Origin: a virus
Taxonomy: Duplodnaviria; Caudoviricetes
IMG/VR virus record: IMGVR_UViG_2558309062_000001
Coordinates: 1 to 64,000 of that record
DNA: 64,000 nt
Reading direction: 5' to 3' (one strand)
The notes under the pieces: model-generated
Told to the model about the DNA's origin: nothing
Database searches by the model: none
Seen by the model: the letters and a program-made list of their open reading frames with translations, nothing else
Made by a program: the position numbers and the translations under genes
In this document: piece by piece, positions 37,083 to 46,006 of the stretch
How the letters are laid out: each line of letters opens with the position of its first letter
Numbering within the stretch: position 1 is the stretch's first letter

Positions 37083-38122
37083 TGGCTCTCTATGGATTGA
37101 GGACAAAGGACGCCGCGGGCAACGTCACGCTCGATACCACGGTCACGCCGATCAGGTCGCTCAAGATGATGACCGTGACGGGTAACGGCTCGTTTGAGCA
37201 GACGTTTTCGATACCCGAGATCAAGGCGGAGTCTTTTGTGGTGGTGGATGCACTGTCCGATTCTGGGCAGTACACCTGGACGCCGCCGGCTTTCTGGTCG
37301 ACGGGGTCATTGCGACTCCGGCAGCCAGGGACTAGCACTTGGGAGGTGATGATTCTTTCGCAAGGGGGAGAGCCGTTCTCGGCGCCTGGTAGCTACGGCA
37401 TTCGGGCGCGTAATGGCGACACCCTGACCCAGATCGATTCCATCAACCGGATGTTGTCTGTGCGATCCAGTGGATCCTTTTCATTTGGTGGTACACAGGC
37501 TGGTCTGATCCAGACAATGACCGTTTCATTCCCTTCCGCGATAACCACCTATGAGCGTCCGTTGGTGTTTTTGAATGCGGTCAATTACATGATGGTTGGG
37601 AATTTCAGGATCATTGGATCTCCGGGTAACTGGACAGGGTTTGCAGTCAAGTCATGGAGCTACGCTGGTCATGGTGATATTGCCAAGAGTCCCCAGACAA
37701 TCAAGTGGTTCTGCGCTTCGTATCAGACGTTTGCCAGCGTGGCGGGTCAGTACGGGGCGTCTGTCCGCGATGCAAACGGAACCCTGACTTTTGTGACCTC
37801 GGCAAACCCGGCGCTGCTGAATGGCCAGCCCGCGAACAACTCGTTTGTCGTGGCGGGTAACCCGATCGCCAACGGTCAGTATTACAACGCCAGTTATCAG
37901 ATGCCATGGACGGGCAGCTATGACGACTACGTGCTGGCCAATGCGCTGTTCTCCGTAACCAACGTGGTGCAGACGGAGCAGCCCTACCGAACGAACTACG
38001 GCGGATTCCTGCCAGGTAACCGCAGCATCCTCCAGATGTATTGCGAGAACTACGACTCGATCAACCCGCTGGGTGTGAATGGCCGGACGCTGTTCGCCTC
38101 ACGGCCCATGAAATCCCTCTGA
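37082..38122 (+). CDS. Tail tip accessory protein
   Basis: Three YGxxxxDxxG-like repeats; coupled to J. Confidence 0.65.
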   Translation: MALYGLRTKDAAGNVTLDTTVTPIRSLKMMTVTGNGSFEQTFSIPEIKAESFVVVDALSDSGQYTWTPPAFWSTGSLRLRQPGTSTWEVMILSQGGEPFSAPGSYGIRARNGDTLTQIDSINRMLSVRSSGSFSFGGTQAGLIQTMTVSFPSAITTYERPLVFLNAVNYMMVGNFRIIGSPGNWTGFAVKSWSYAGHGDIAKSPQTIKWFCASYQTFASVAGQYGASVRDANGTLTFVTSANPALLNGQPANNSFVVAGNPIANGQYYNASYQMPWTGSYDDYVLANALFSVTNVVQTEQPYRTNYGGFLPGNRSILQMYCENYDSINPLGVNGRTLFASRPMKSL

Positions 38123-38142
38123 CAATAGATCTGGAGCAATCC

Positions 38143-38925
38143 ATGCCCTGGTACAGAACAGGCACCGTGGCGATCACGGCTGGCCAAAATACGGTGACCG
38201 GTACCGGCACCAGCTTCTCTGCAAACGCCCGTGTGGGTGATGCTTTCTTAGGCCCTGATGGGAATTGGTACGAAGTTACGAACATTGCCAGCGCCACGGT
38301 GCTGAGCATTCTGCCAGCCTATAAAGGTTCGACGGTCAGTGGTGGTGCGTACGCTGTGGTGCCGGTGCAGGGGTACGACAAAAGTCTCCGGGACGCCATT
38401 AACGCGATTGTCCAGCAATGGGGGGCAACGTTGGCGGGTCTGGGCGCCGTCTCAACCGAAGACGTTGTGCCGGTTGCGAAAGGAGGTACGGGCGGGACAA
38501 CCCCTAGTGCGGCGCGAAGCGGCCTGGGGCTGAAAGCGGCAGCCATAGCCGATATCGTCGGTACTGTTTTGCAAAGCGGGGGTGTACCCACTGGCGCCAT
38601 CCTAGAATTCATCAGCAATGCCAATGGCGACTGCGTGAAGTTTGCAGACGGCACGATGATCTGTGTGATGGAAAGCTCGACCACTTACACAGCCACCGCC
38701 GCTCAAGGGGCGCTGTTTTACAACAATGGCCAGACCTTTACATACCCAGCTCCGTTTATCGCAGCCCCCAAAGTGCTTCCAGCCCCTGTGTCGGCTGGCG
38801 GTGGCGGTATGCCCCTGGGGTTCTCCTACAGTCGAAGCGCAGTGTCCGTTGGCATCGGCGCTTATGCCGTTGTCAGTGGAACGATTTTTCGGCCTGGTTA
38901 CGTAGCCATTGGGAGGTGGTACTGA
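38143..38925 (+). CDS. Tail fibre protein
   Basis: MPWYRTGTV; VPVAKGGTGGTT; SNANG..VKFADGTMIC; AIGRWY. Confidence 0.85.
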   Translation: MPWYRTGTVAITAGQNTVTGTGTSFSANARVGDAFLGPDGNWYEVTNIASATVLSILPAYKGSTVSGGAYAVVPVQGYDKSLRDAINAIVQQWGATLAGLGAVSTEDVVPVAKGGTGGTTPSAARSGLGLKAAAIADIVGTVLQSGGVPTGAILEFISNANGDCVKFADGTMICVMESSTTYTATAAQGALFYNNGQTFTYPAPFIAAPKVLPAPVSAGGGGMPLGFSYSRSAVSVGIGAYAVVSGTIFRPGYVAIGRWY

Positions 38926-39518
38926 TGATAATTAAACTTTCCCCGGTTCGCTCTGATGCGGGCCTCTCTGTGGTTAAGTCGGGCGACATACTGGAGGTCA
39001 ACGCCGTGGCGCTGGACTTTTCCCGGTTGACCGATGGCGCAACCCTGCCGGCTGAGGCCATTGGGTGCGAGTTCGTGATCGGCCCGGTTGAGCGCACCAA
39101 CGGAGTCCTTGTGCTGACCCTCATGCTGCCGCACGCCGCTGACGCGCCGCAGGCAGCACGCTTCCCGGTCGATCTCTATCCGATCGACGGCCAAGTGCAG
39201 CTGCCGGGCCTGGATCTGGTCGACCGCCAGGCTGCAACCGCAGGCGTGATCGACTGGTCTCAAGTCATCACGGCTGAGGCCAAGGCCCAGGCCGCTGCTG
39301 AGCAACTGCTCGCCACGGTGGCTGCCGAGATCTCCCAGCACCGCGCTGTGGCCGATGCCGCCATCGCCCCGTTGCAGGATGCCGTCGAGCTTGAGGAAGC
39401 CACCGAAGCTGAAGCTGCGCTGCTGAAGGAATGGAAGCGCTACCGCCTGGCGCTGATCCGGCTGCCCGAGCAGGAAGGCTACCCCAACAGCATCGACTGG
39501 CCCGCACTGCCGGCCTGA
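38925..39518 (+). CDS. Tail fibre assembly chaperone
   Basis: IKLSPVRSD N-terminus; IAPLQDAV.L..AT...L..WK.YR...IDWP. Confidence 0.85.
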   Translation: MIIKLSPVRSDAGLSVVKSGDILEVNAVALDFSRLTDGATLPAEAIGCEFVIGPVERTNGVLVLTLMLPHAADAPQAARFPVDLYPIDGQVQLPGLDLVDRQAATAGVIDWSQVITAEAKAQAAAEQLLATVAAEISQHRAVADAAIAPLQDAVELEEATEAEAALLKEWKRYRLALIRLPEQEGYPNSIDWPALPA

Positions 39519-39536
39519 TCCACACCGAACCCACCG

Positions 39537-39560
39537 ACCGCCGCCTGGCGGTATTTTTTT
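39537..39560 (+). terminator. Intrinsic terminator
   Basis: ACCGCC/GGCGGT-ATTTTTT. Confidence 0.65.
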
Positions 39561-39574
39561 GCCTGGAGAAAGCC

Positions 39575-40021
39575 ATGACTACACCTCGCGGTGTCCGGAA
39601 CAACAACCCCGGCAACATCGACTTCAACTCGCGCAATGCCTGGCAGGGGCAGCTCGGACTGGAGGTCGGTGTGGCCAAGCCACGCTTTGCCCGCTTCGAC
39701 ACGCCAGAGAACGGCATCCGCGCCCTGGGCAAGCTGCTCATCAACTACCGGGGCAAGGACGGCATGCCTGGAGTGGGCGGGAAGGGCATCGATACCGTGC
39801 TGGAAACGATCCACCGCTGGGCGCCTGCCAACGAGAACGACACCAAGGCCTATGCCGCGGCTGTGGCCAAACGTCTTGGTGTAGGCATCGCCGACCCGAT
39901 CAACATCAAGAACCTGGCCACGCTGCGCGGGATGGTCATCAGCATCATCATTCATGAGAACGGCGGCAACCCGTACGACGCTGCTGTGATCGATGAAGGC
40001 GTGCTGAGGGCGTTGGTGTGA
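39575..40021 (+). CDS. Putative endolysin (RGxRNNNPGN lysozyme-like family)
   Basis: PRGVRNNNPGNI...RWAPANEN.T.AY...HENG; precedes spanins. Confidence 0.75.
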   Translation: MTTPRGVRNNNPGNIDFNSRNAWQGQLGLEVGVAKPRFARFDTPENGIRALGKLLINYRGKDGMPGVGGKGIDTVLETIHRWAPANENDTKAYAAAVAKRLGVGIADPINIKNLATLRGMVISIIIHENGGNPYDAAVIDEGVLRALV

Positions 40022-40533
40022 AGATCCTTGTGATCAGACTGGGACTGCTTGCGCTGGTGCTGGCGTCCTACTGGGGCGCCTATCAGCACGGGCGATCGGT
40101 AGAGCGGGCCGAATCCGGCTTGGTATCAGCACAACGAGATAGCGGCGACCGGCTGGCCGAGGTGCTAGGCGAACGCGGCGCCCGCGCGGAAGAACAGCGA
40201 CGCGCCACGGCGCAAGAGGAGGCAAGAGCCCATGCGAAGGAAGAACACCAGGTGGCTGATGTTGGCGCTGCTGCTGCCGATGCTGCTGGCCAGCGGATGC
40301 GCGGCGACGCAGCCAATCTCGCTGCCACCGTCAGTTGCCCCGGCACGGATACCGCCGCTGTCGCCCGAGGCCAGGCAGCCACCCGCGCCGCCATGGTGCT
40401 CTCCGACCTGCTCGCACGGGCTGATGCTCGAGCGGGAGAGCTGGCGAAAGCTTATGACCGTGCCCGAATAGCTGGCGAGCAGTGCGAGCGAGAGTACGAC
40501 GGCCTGATTAAGAGATCGCCAAGCTCTGGTTAA
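40018..40533 (+). CDS. i-spanin (Rz-like, DUF2514)
   Basis: N-terminal TM helix, coiled coil, RADARAGELA..YDRARIAG..CER.YD. Confidence 0.85.
   Translation: MKILVIRLGLLALVLASYWGAYQHGRSVERAESGLVSAQRDSGDRLAEVLGERGARAEEQRRATAQEEARAHAKEEHQVADVGAAAADAAGQRMRGDAANLAATVSCPGTDTAAVARGQAATRAAMVLSDLLARADARAGELAKAYDRARIAGEQCEREYDGLIKRSPSSG
40259..40471 (+). CDS. Embedded o-spanin lipoprotein (Rz1-like)
   Basis: +1 frame inside the Rz-like gene; MLALLLPMLLASG-C lipobox; Pro-rich mature chain. Confidence 0.7.
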   Translation: MLALLLPMLLASGCAATQPISLPPSVAPARIPPLSPEARQPPAPPWCSPTCSHGLMLERESWRKLMTVPE

Positions 40534-40736
40534 CCATTCAGCATCTGTTCCAGTTTTGCCTTAAGGGCAGGCAGTGGGAGGTTCGTCAGCGAGGGGGTCA
40601 GTTGGTTGTGAACGCCTTTATAGAAAGAGTAGGTATCGCCGGATCCATGGCGACGGATTGATCCGACTTGGATCTTGTTAACGTAAACCTCGATGGAGTA
40701 CCCGCCCAGAACGCTCTTTTCCTTGTAATCGACCAT
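40530..40736 (-). CDS. 68-aa moron protein convergent with the spanin
   Basis: GGAG SD; MVDYKEKSVLGGYSIEVYVN; lower GC. Confidence 0.55.
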   Translation of the reverse strand: MVDYKEKSVLGGYSIEVYVNKIQVGSIRRHGSGDTYSFYKGVHNQLTPSLTNLPLPALKAKLEQMLNG

Positions 40737-40821
40737 GATCTTCTCCGAATAGGCTAGCTTGGCTGGCGCGGTGCCTCTCGCCTGTCGGAATTTGAACAAA
40801 TTTCAGATGGTCTATACGATA

Positions 40822-40837
40822 CTGTGTTTTTATACAG
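40822..40837. promoter_or_regulatory. LexA (SOS) box
   Basis: TA-CTGTGTTTTTATACAG-TA, near consensus, 12 nt before an ATG. Confidence 0.85.
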
Positions 40838-40849
40838 TATCGGTGACCT

Positions 40850-41158
40850 ATGTACTTCCTCGTCGTTCGCCGCCGGGTACGCGGCGTGGCAATCCCTGCG
40901 GACCAGCTTCGCAAGGTAAAACCCCTGAAAGCTGACATCCATATCGGTGAGCATCATTCCGAGGTGCTTGGCCGGGTGGCTACCCAGGCATGGGTTTTCA
41001 ACCCGACGCCGAGCGGCGACATCATCCCGCGCCTGCTCGATGCCAAGGTCAACGGCATGGCCCAGCTCGGCATGAACATCAATGGCGTGGAGGAGGTCGA
41101 CGGCGTGCTCTACGCGCAGTCTTGGTGGTGCCGGGCGGAGGGGTCGTATGGCAACTAG
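40850..41158 (+). CDS. Hypothetical protein, predicted SOS-regulated
   Basis: 102 aa, ends YAQSWWCR; behind the LexA box. Confidence 0.75.
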   Translation: MYFLVVRRRVRGVAIPADQLRKVKPLKADIHIGEHHSEVLGRVATQAWVFNPTPSGDIIPRLLDAKVNGMAQLGMNINGVEEVDGVLYAQSWWCRAEGSYGN

Positions 41159-41354
41159 CCTCCCGCCGGCCTGGTTGGCCGAACTGAACGACCAAGCGGC
41201 CCTGTTGGCTGATCCTGATGGGCGCGCAGCAGTACTCGATGAGATGGCCTATGCTGCGCGCCGGAGGCGAGAGGTCGATGACTGCGACCTGGTCGACATG
41301 CTGGAGATCGTTGAGTCGGCCAGGCTGTGGGCTCTGGATGGTTCCGATCTGTGA
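41148..41354 (+). CDS. Small acidic helical protein, second gene of the SOS operon
   Basis: GGAGG SD; overlaps the upstream gene. Confidence 0.7.
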   Translation: MATSLPPAWLAELNDQAALLADPDGRAAVLDEMAYAARRRREVDDCDLVDMLEIVESARLWALDGSDL

Positions 41355-41524
41355 GGAGTTATATAAAGGAAGGGAAATGGTCGGCAGAACACCGCGGGCG
41401 GGCTGGCCAGGGCCAGTGACTTTTGAAGTGACATCGTTGGGATGCGTCCGTACCCGTGAAGCCTCGTTGCAGCGAAAGCAGGGCCGGAAATCCTGTGTTT
41501 TCATGCCGTTACGCAGGCTCGGCA

Positions 41525-41572
41525 TGCATGGGGTGCAAGGGGTCGAGTGTTCGAATCACTCCGTCCCGACCA
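41525..41572 (+). repeat. att core: 3' 48 nt of tRNA-Pro(GGG), junction of the two prophages
   Basis: TGCATGGGGTGCAAGGGGTCGAGTGTTCGAATCACTCCGTCCCGACCA gives anticodon arm, T-arm and CCA; no D-arm or 5' acceptor strand upstream. Confidence 0.92.
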
Positions 41573-41588
41573 ATAATCCCAAGGACTT

Positions 41589-41617
41589 AGGCCATTTCCG
41601 AAAGGGGTGGCCTTTTT
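41589..41617 (+). terminator. Terminator downstream of the tRNA fragment
   Basis: AGGCCATTTC-CGAAA-GGGGTGGCCT-TTTT. Confidence 0.75.
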
Positions 41618-41651
41618 CCTTTGCGTGACTTTTGCGTGACTTCTCAGGTTT

Positions 41652-42830
41652 TTACGCCTGCCTCCTCTTCAGAATTGTCAGCACCGGCCCACGCGAGTCC
41701 GTCGCTGAAACTTTGTTTGCCGCCTCTATCAACTGTCCCAGCTCCGCGCCAGAATAGTGGCTGGTCACGCTGCCATTCTTGTGGCCAAGTAGCGACTTCC
41801 GATCTTCCTCTGTTACACCAGCTGCTTTCAGGCGCCTGCCGAAAGTATGTTTGAGATCATGTACGCGAATGGAAGTGAACCCGGGGTGTGCCGGTCGCAA
41901 GTGTTGCTCCTGCCAGAGCTTTGCCGCGCGCACCCTCGCTTTCTTCCAGGCCGAGTCGTTCATCCTGTGCATCCCTGTGCCGTTGTAGGGGAAGACCCAT
42001 TCCCGGCTGATCCCACGTTGCCCGTCGATGATCGACTTTGCCACAGTGTTCAGGACCACCAGGCGCTCGTCCCGGTTTTTCACGCCCGAGTTCTCATGCC
42101 GGCCGCCGAAGTCGGCAGGGATCAGAAACACGCTGGTGCCCAGCTCGGGTACCGGGATCTCCCAATCCCACCTCAGTTTGCAGACCTCCTGCTCTCGGCA
42201 GCCTGTGTTCACCTTGAATAGGGCCATTCGTTGCAGGTGGTCCGGCAACTCCCCGAAGAGAATCGACTGCTCATCCCAAGACATCGGGTAGGGCTTTCGA
42301 CTGGATCTCTTCTCCTCCAGCTTGGCCAGCAGCGGAATGCTGTCGAGCCATGGCCTGCGCTCTTCATCCCGCCACTTTCGGCATGCCAGCGACAGAACGC
42401 GAATCACCCGCTCGATCGCGATGTTCACCGTCCGGTTGCTGACCGCCTTCCTCACTTTCCCATTCGGCAAATCTTCGTCCGTCTGCCGGTCCCGAATGAA
42501 CGGGGCCAGTGCCTGGTCGTCAATGTGCGTCAGCGGCAGGTCGCCCAGGTATGGATCGAGTTGCTGGAGACACAGGGCTGTCAGCTTGATTGACGGCTGA
42601 TCCTTGTGCTCGAGCAGGTACCTGGTAGCCGCTTCCCGAAATGTTCGCACTTGCCGAACGCCATATACCTTGCGCTGGCGAATCTGCTCCAGGCGGTGGA
42701 TCAGGTACTTTTCCGCTTCCGCCCGGTCACAAGTTCCAGTGCTTTCGTAAAGTCTCTCGCCGTTGATCCTCTTGTCGATGTGCCAGATGCCGTTCCTTTG
42801 GGAAAGGCCTGTGATTGTCTTTCGCGCCAT
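41652..42830 (-). CDS. int: Tyrosine integrase of prophage 2
   Basis: Close homolog of 1..1182; catalytic half nearly identical by eye. Confidence 0.95.
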   Translation of the reverse strand: MARKTITGLSQRNGIWHIDKRINGERLYESTGTCDRAEAEKYLIHRLEQIRQRKVYGVRQVRTFREAATRYLLEHKDQPSIKLTALCLQQLDPYLGDLPLTHIDDQALAPFIRDRQTDEDLPNGKVRKAVSNRTVNIAIERVIRVLSLACRKWRDEERRPWLDSIPLLAKLEEKRSSRKPYPMSWDEQSILFGELPDHLQRMALFKVNTGCREQEVCKLRWDWEIPVPELGTSVFLIPADFGGRHENSGVKNRDERLVVLNTVAKSIIDGQRGISREWVFPYNGTGMHRMNDSAWKKARVRAAKLWQEQHLRPAHPGFTSIRVHDLKHTFGRRLKAAGVTEEDRKSLLGHKNGSVTSHYSGAELGQLIEAANKVSATDSRGPVLTILKRRQA

Positions 42831-43105
42831 CCCTTATCTCCTGATGGGCGCTCGCTGCCGGGTGATTGTCGTCCCTGAGCGCCTTCTTTCGCAATTGCCA
42901 TGGCCTGGATGTAGTCGTTCACCCAGGCGTCCAGCTCTTCCCGGTCGAAACCGATGCCGCGCTCCCCAATGGGGAATTCGCTCACATGCGGCCTGACGGT
43001 CTTGTTGAATTCAGATCGGCACATGCCGAGGTAGTGGGGTGCATCGCCAGCGCGGATGATGCGCGGCTGAATGCGAGCGGCCGGTGCCGCGCTGGCGTTT
43101 GCCAT
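42701..43105 (-). CDS. xis: Excisionase-like protein
   Basis: Homolog of 1068..1466. Confidence 0.75.
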   Translation of the reverse strand: MANASAAPAARIQPRIIRAGDAPHYLGMCRSEFNKTVRPHVSEFPIGERGIGFDREELDAWVNDYIQAMAIAKEGAQGRQSPGSERPSGDKGWRERQSQAFPKGTASGTSTRGSTARDFTKALELVTGRKRKST

Positions 43106-43124
43106 GTGTGTCTCCTGCGGCCGA

Positions 43125-43301
43125 TCAGGCCAAGAAGTGATGCCCGACCTTCGCCGCCCTGGCGGCTTGCTCGGTGCGGAACATGAGCTGGGTTTTGCTG
43201 ATGCGGCCATAGGCCTCGTATTCGGCGTCGACCCACCAAGCGCCGAACTTGCGGTACGGCTCGCCGAGGATCTTCGTGACGTAGCAGTCGATCAGGTTCA
43301 T
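43125..43301 (-). CDS. Small hypothetical protein
   Basis: Homolog of 1486..1662. Confidence 0.7.
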   Translation of the reverse strand: MNLIDCYVTKILGEPYRKFGAWWVDAEYEAYGRISKTQLMFRTEQAARAAKVGHHFLA

Positions 43302-43315
43302 GGATGGCTCCTGGC

Positions 43316-44053
43316 TCAGTCCCAGCTGAGCTTCGAGGGTGTTGGCGGGATCGTTTCGAGGGTGGCCAAGTCGAGCAGGGTGAAGTACCCGCCGTCCTGC
43401 GGCCTCCAGCCCATGGTGTCGATGTGGATGACGTTGCCGAGCGCCGCCGGCTTGTGCAGCGGGGTATGGCCGACCACCAGAGCCCGCAAGCCCTGAACGC
43501 TATCGGTCTCTCCCAGCTCGATTCGGCTGCGCGACCACATGCAGGTGTTCTGCGTCAGCCTCAGCTGCTTGGCAGTCTCCGGCGCTTCAAGTGCGGACCT
43601 CAGCTGATCCCAGGACGGGAATGGGCAGTCAGCGTGCACGATCCCGACCAGGCCGCTGGGTGTCTCCACCTCGATGGCGATTGGCAGCTCGCGGAACTGG
43701 GCGGCGAACTCGCGCTGCTCATCCCAGGCCAGGCCTGCGAACCAGGCGCCGCCGTTGTACACCCAGTTCTCTACGTCGCAGGTATCGAACCGGCAGACGT
43801 AGTCGTCGTGGTTGCCGCGCACCGGGTGGAACCATGGCTTGGCCAGCCAGTTGAGCACGTCGCGGCACTCGGGCCCGCGGTCGACCAGATCGCCAACGCT
43901 GAACAGGCGGTCAACTGCCGGATCGAAGCCGGCGGCGTCAAGGGCGGCCTGCAGCCTGGTTAAGTGCCCATGAATATCGCCTACCGCGAAATCGCGGCCA
44001 GCCGTGTTTGTGGCGAAGCGCTTGATGCGCACCACCTCGATGGTTTCGAGCAT
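43316..44053 (-). CDS. Ser/Thr protein phosphatase (NinI-like)
   Basis: GDIHG, GDLVDRGP, RGNHD. Confidence 0.92.
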   Translation of the reverse strand: MLETIEVVRIKRFATNTAGRDFAVGDIHGHLTRLQAALDAAGFDPAVDRLFSVGDLVDRGPECRDVLNWLAKPWFHPVRGNHDDYVCRFDTCDVENWVYNGGAWFAGLAWDEQREFAAQFRELPIAIEVETPSGLVGIVHADCPFPSWDQLRSALEAPETAKQLRLTQNTCMWSRSRIELGETDSVQGLRALVVGHTPLHKPAALGNVIHIDTMGWRPQDGGYFTLLDLATLETIPPTPSKLSWD

Positions 44054-45267
44054 GTCAGCTCCTACGGGGAATTGATGTCAGGCCGTGGCCGTGGCGATGG
44101 TCTTCTCGAAACGAGCTGCCAGTTCGGCATTTACCTCGGCTTTAGCGAGGCTGTCGGCGGTGCCTTTGGCGCGGTGCAGGGTCTCGTATGCTCGCAGCTG
44201 TGCTGCAGCGTCGATCAGGTCATCCAGCAGCAGAGGGGAGGCCGCGATCAACTTTGCGTTTGCCATCTGATGCATTCCCCCATCTACCTGGCAGATGAAG
44301 TACTCGCCGTCACCAACGACGATGCTGAGTTTTCCGGGATCCGCTTCAAGGCCTTTTTCGTCAATTACCCAAGGGCCTGGTTTGTGTTTCTTCATGGCAA
44401 TAGCTCTCCATGCCCGCGCATGTCGGCGGGCTTGAGTAGTAGGGGGAGGGGTTAGGCTTTCGGCGCGGCTGACTCTTGCCACTCGACTATGTCGGCGCCG
44501 AAGTCTTTGCTGGTGAAGGTGATGTTCCCGAAGCGCCAGTGGTAGGCAAATGGGCCGGTGCGCTCGCAGTTGGCCAGGACGCTGCCGCAGGATAGGCGAA
44601 TGTCGATGCGCTCGAGCCCTGGGTCCTCATCTGGATCAGGCGTGCACCAATTTCCTGCGAGTTTGCGGACCTTGTAGACCACGGCGTCGATCTCGAATCC
44701 ACCCCGTGACTGGCCGACAAGCGATGCAACGCGCCACATGCCGGTTTGCCACCGGTCTTTCCTGGCCAGGGCGCCGTCTTCGCGGAACTCGTAATCCTCA
44801 ACCTTTGCGTCGCGGAATTCAGGCTTCCTGAAGTCCAGCTCTGTCACTTCGCGACTCATCGCGGCCCCCTGTAGATCAGGTAGGCCATGTACATCAGGGG
44901 CAGGATCATAGAAGGTGTCCTCCGGATTCGAGCAGGGCGTCACGGTCCTGCCGCAGCTGATCGCGCTCCCTGATCAAGGCCTTGATCGCGGTTGAGATGT
45001 TGCGGTGCCCCAGCTCGATTGTGATGGCCTGGGCCTCGTCGAACAGCTTGACCTTCTGGTCTCGCTCCTCGGCTGCCCACCTGGCCATTTGCTTTTCCCG
45101 GATCTTGAGGCAGCGTTTGCAGGTGACGTGGCGCCAGTCGCTTGCCAGCTGCTCGTCTTCCATTTCGCCATCGGTACCGCACAGCACGTCTTCTGGCGGA
45201 TCTTGATCGGCCTCAGTACCGCCATCCCACCCGTACATGTGAACGGCTCGCTTGCTCATGGCATCAG
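44025..45267. repeat. Direct repeat copy 2, holding genes 44078..44395, 44452..44859 and 44906..45259
   Basis: Identical by eye to 2386..3628. Confidence 0.9.
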
Positions 45268-45735
45268 CTCCTTCGGCACCTGGACGATATCGCCGAGCTC
45301 GAACTGGGCGATCGCCCGCATTGCTACGGTCAGAGGGTTGTTGGGGTGGTGGAACGCAGTGCGGCGGTGCTTTCGCTCTTTACCGAAGATCGTGCTGCTC
45401 CAGACACCCGACTCGTAGTAACCGTTTCGCTTGTCCATGTAGCCGAAGTTGCGGTGCACGGCGCTGGTCGGCGGCGACAGCGAAACCTTGTGCTTCTCGA
45501 TCAGCTGCCCGCCCAGCGCCCAGTCCTCCCAGGGGTTGAACCGCTTGATGTGCTCGATGGCTTCGCCCCGGTACCGGACGAATACCCGCCATGGCACGCC
45601 GTTGTAGCCGGGCGGCTCAAGGTACACATCAAGTCCCTCCGCCTTGCCGACTGCCCACCCCAGCGCCTCGCCGGAGAGGTCTGCCATATTCACTTCTTCT
45701 AACTGGTGATGGAAAACGCTCGCTAATTTGCTCAA
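45256..45735 (-). CDS. DUF2591-like protein
   Basis: LSGEALGWAV, FNPWEDWALGG, VPKELMP. Confidence 0.72.
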   Translation of the reverse strand: MSKLASVFHHQLEEVNMADLSGEALGWAVGKAEGLDVYLEPPGYNGVPWRVFVRYRGEAIEHIKRFNPWEDWALGGQLIEKHKVSLSPPTSAVHRNFGYMDKRNGYYESGVWSSTIFGKERKHRRTAFHHPNNPLTVAMRAIAQFELGDIVQVPKELMP

Positions 45736-46004
45736 AGGTGATACCTCTCATCAATCCAGCGCCCAGGCGCCAGTGCGGGTGTAGGTTCGGGTTGGCTTTC
45801 GTGCGGGGAGAGCTGGCGCTGGTTGCCGGCCTGTTGCCTGGTCTTGCGCTTGAGCTGGCTGTCAGGAATGCAGCTCAGCCCCGTGGCGGTGTACCAGCAG
45901 GTGACGCCGCGCTCGTCGTCGTGGAAGGTTTCGACGCCCCATGGGAGCGATTCAGCGCTGGCACTGGTGGCCAGCAGCAGGAGGCAGAGGGCGAGGCGGG
46001 TCAT
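45732..46004 (-). CDS. Small secreted protein
   Basis: Homolog of 4853..5104. Confidence 0.7.
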   Translation of the reverse strand: MTRLALCLLLLATSASAESLPWGVETFHDDERGVTCWYTATGLSCIPDSQLKRKTRQQAGNQRQLSPHESQPEPTPALAPGRWIDERYHL

Positions 46005-46006
46005 AG

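Larger units (their letters stand above)
1..41572. mobile_element. Prophage 1: apparently complete temperate siphophage (HK97-like head, lambda-like tail); left att lies just outside the window
   Basis: Ordered int-xis-early left-cI/cro-replication-Q-holin-terminase-head-tail-lysis modules ending at a tRNA-Pro 3' att core. Confidence 0.95.
41416..41642. other. Integrase arm-type repeats flanking the att core
   Basis: GTGAC pairs at 41416/41428 and 41625/41636, both in a GTGACTTTTG context. Confidence 0.6.

Noticed and set aside
33555-39518. Diversity-generating retroelement or invertible tail-fibre cassette
   Set aside because: No reverse transcriptase, no TR/VR pair, no invertase and no inverted fibre segments
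41495-41572. Intact tRNA-Pro gene
   Set aside because: Only the anticodon arm to CCA is present; upstream sequence cannot form the D-arm or 5' acceptor strand, so it is an att core
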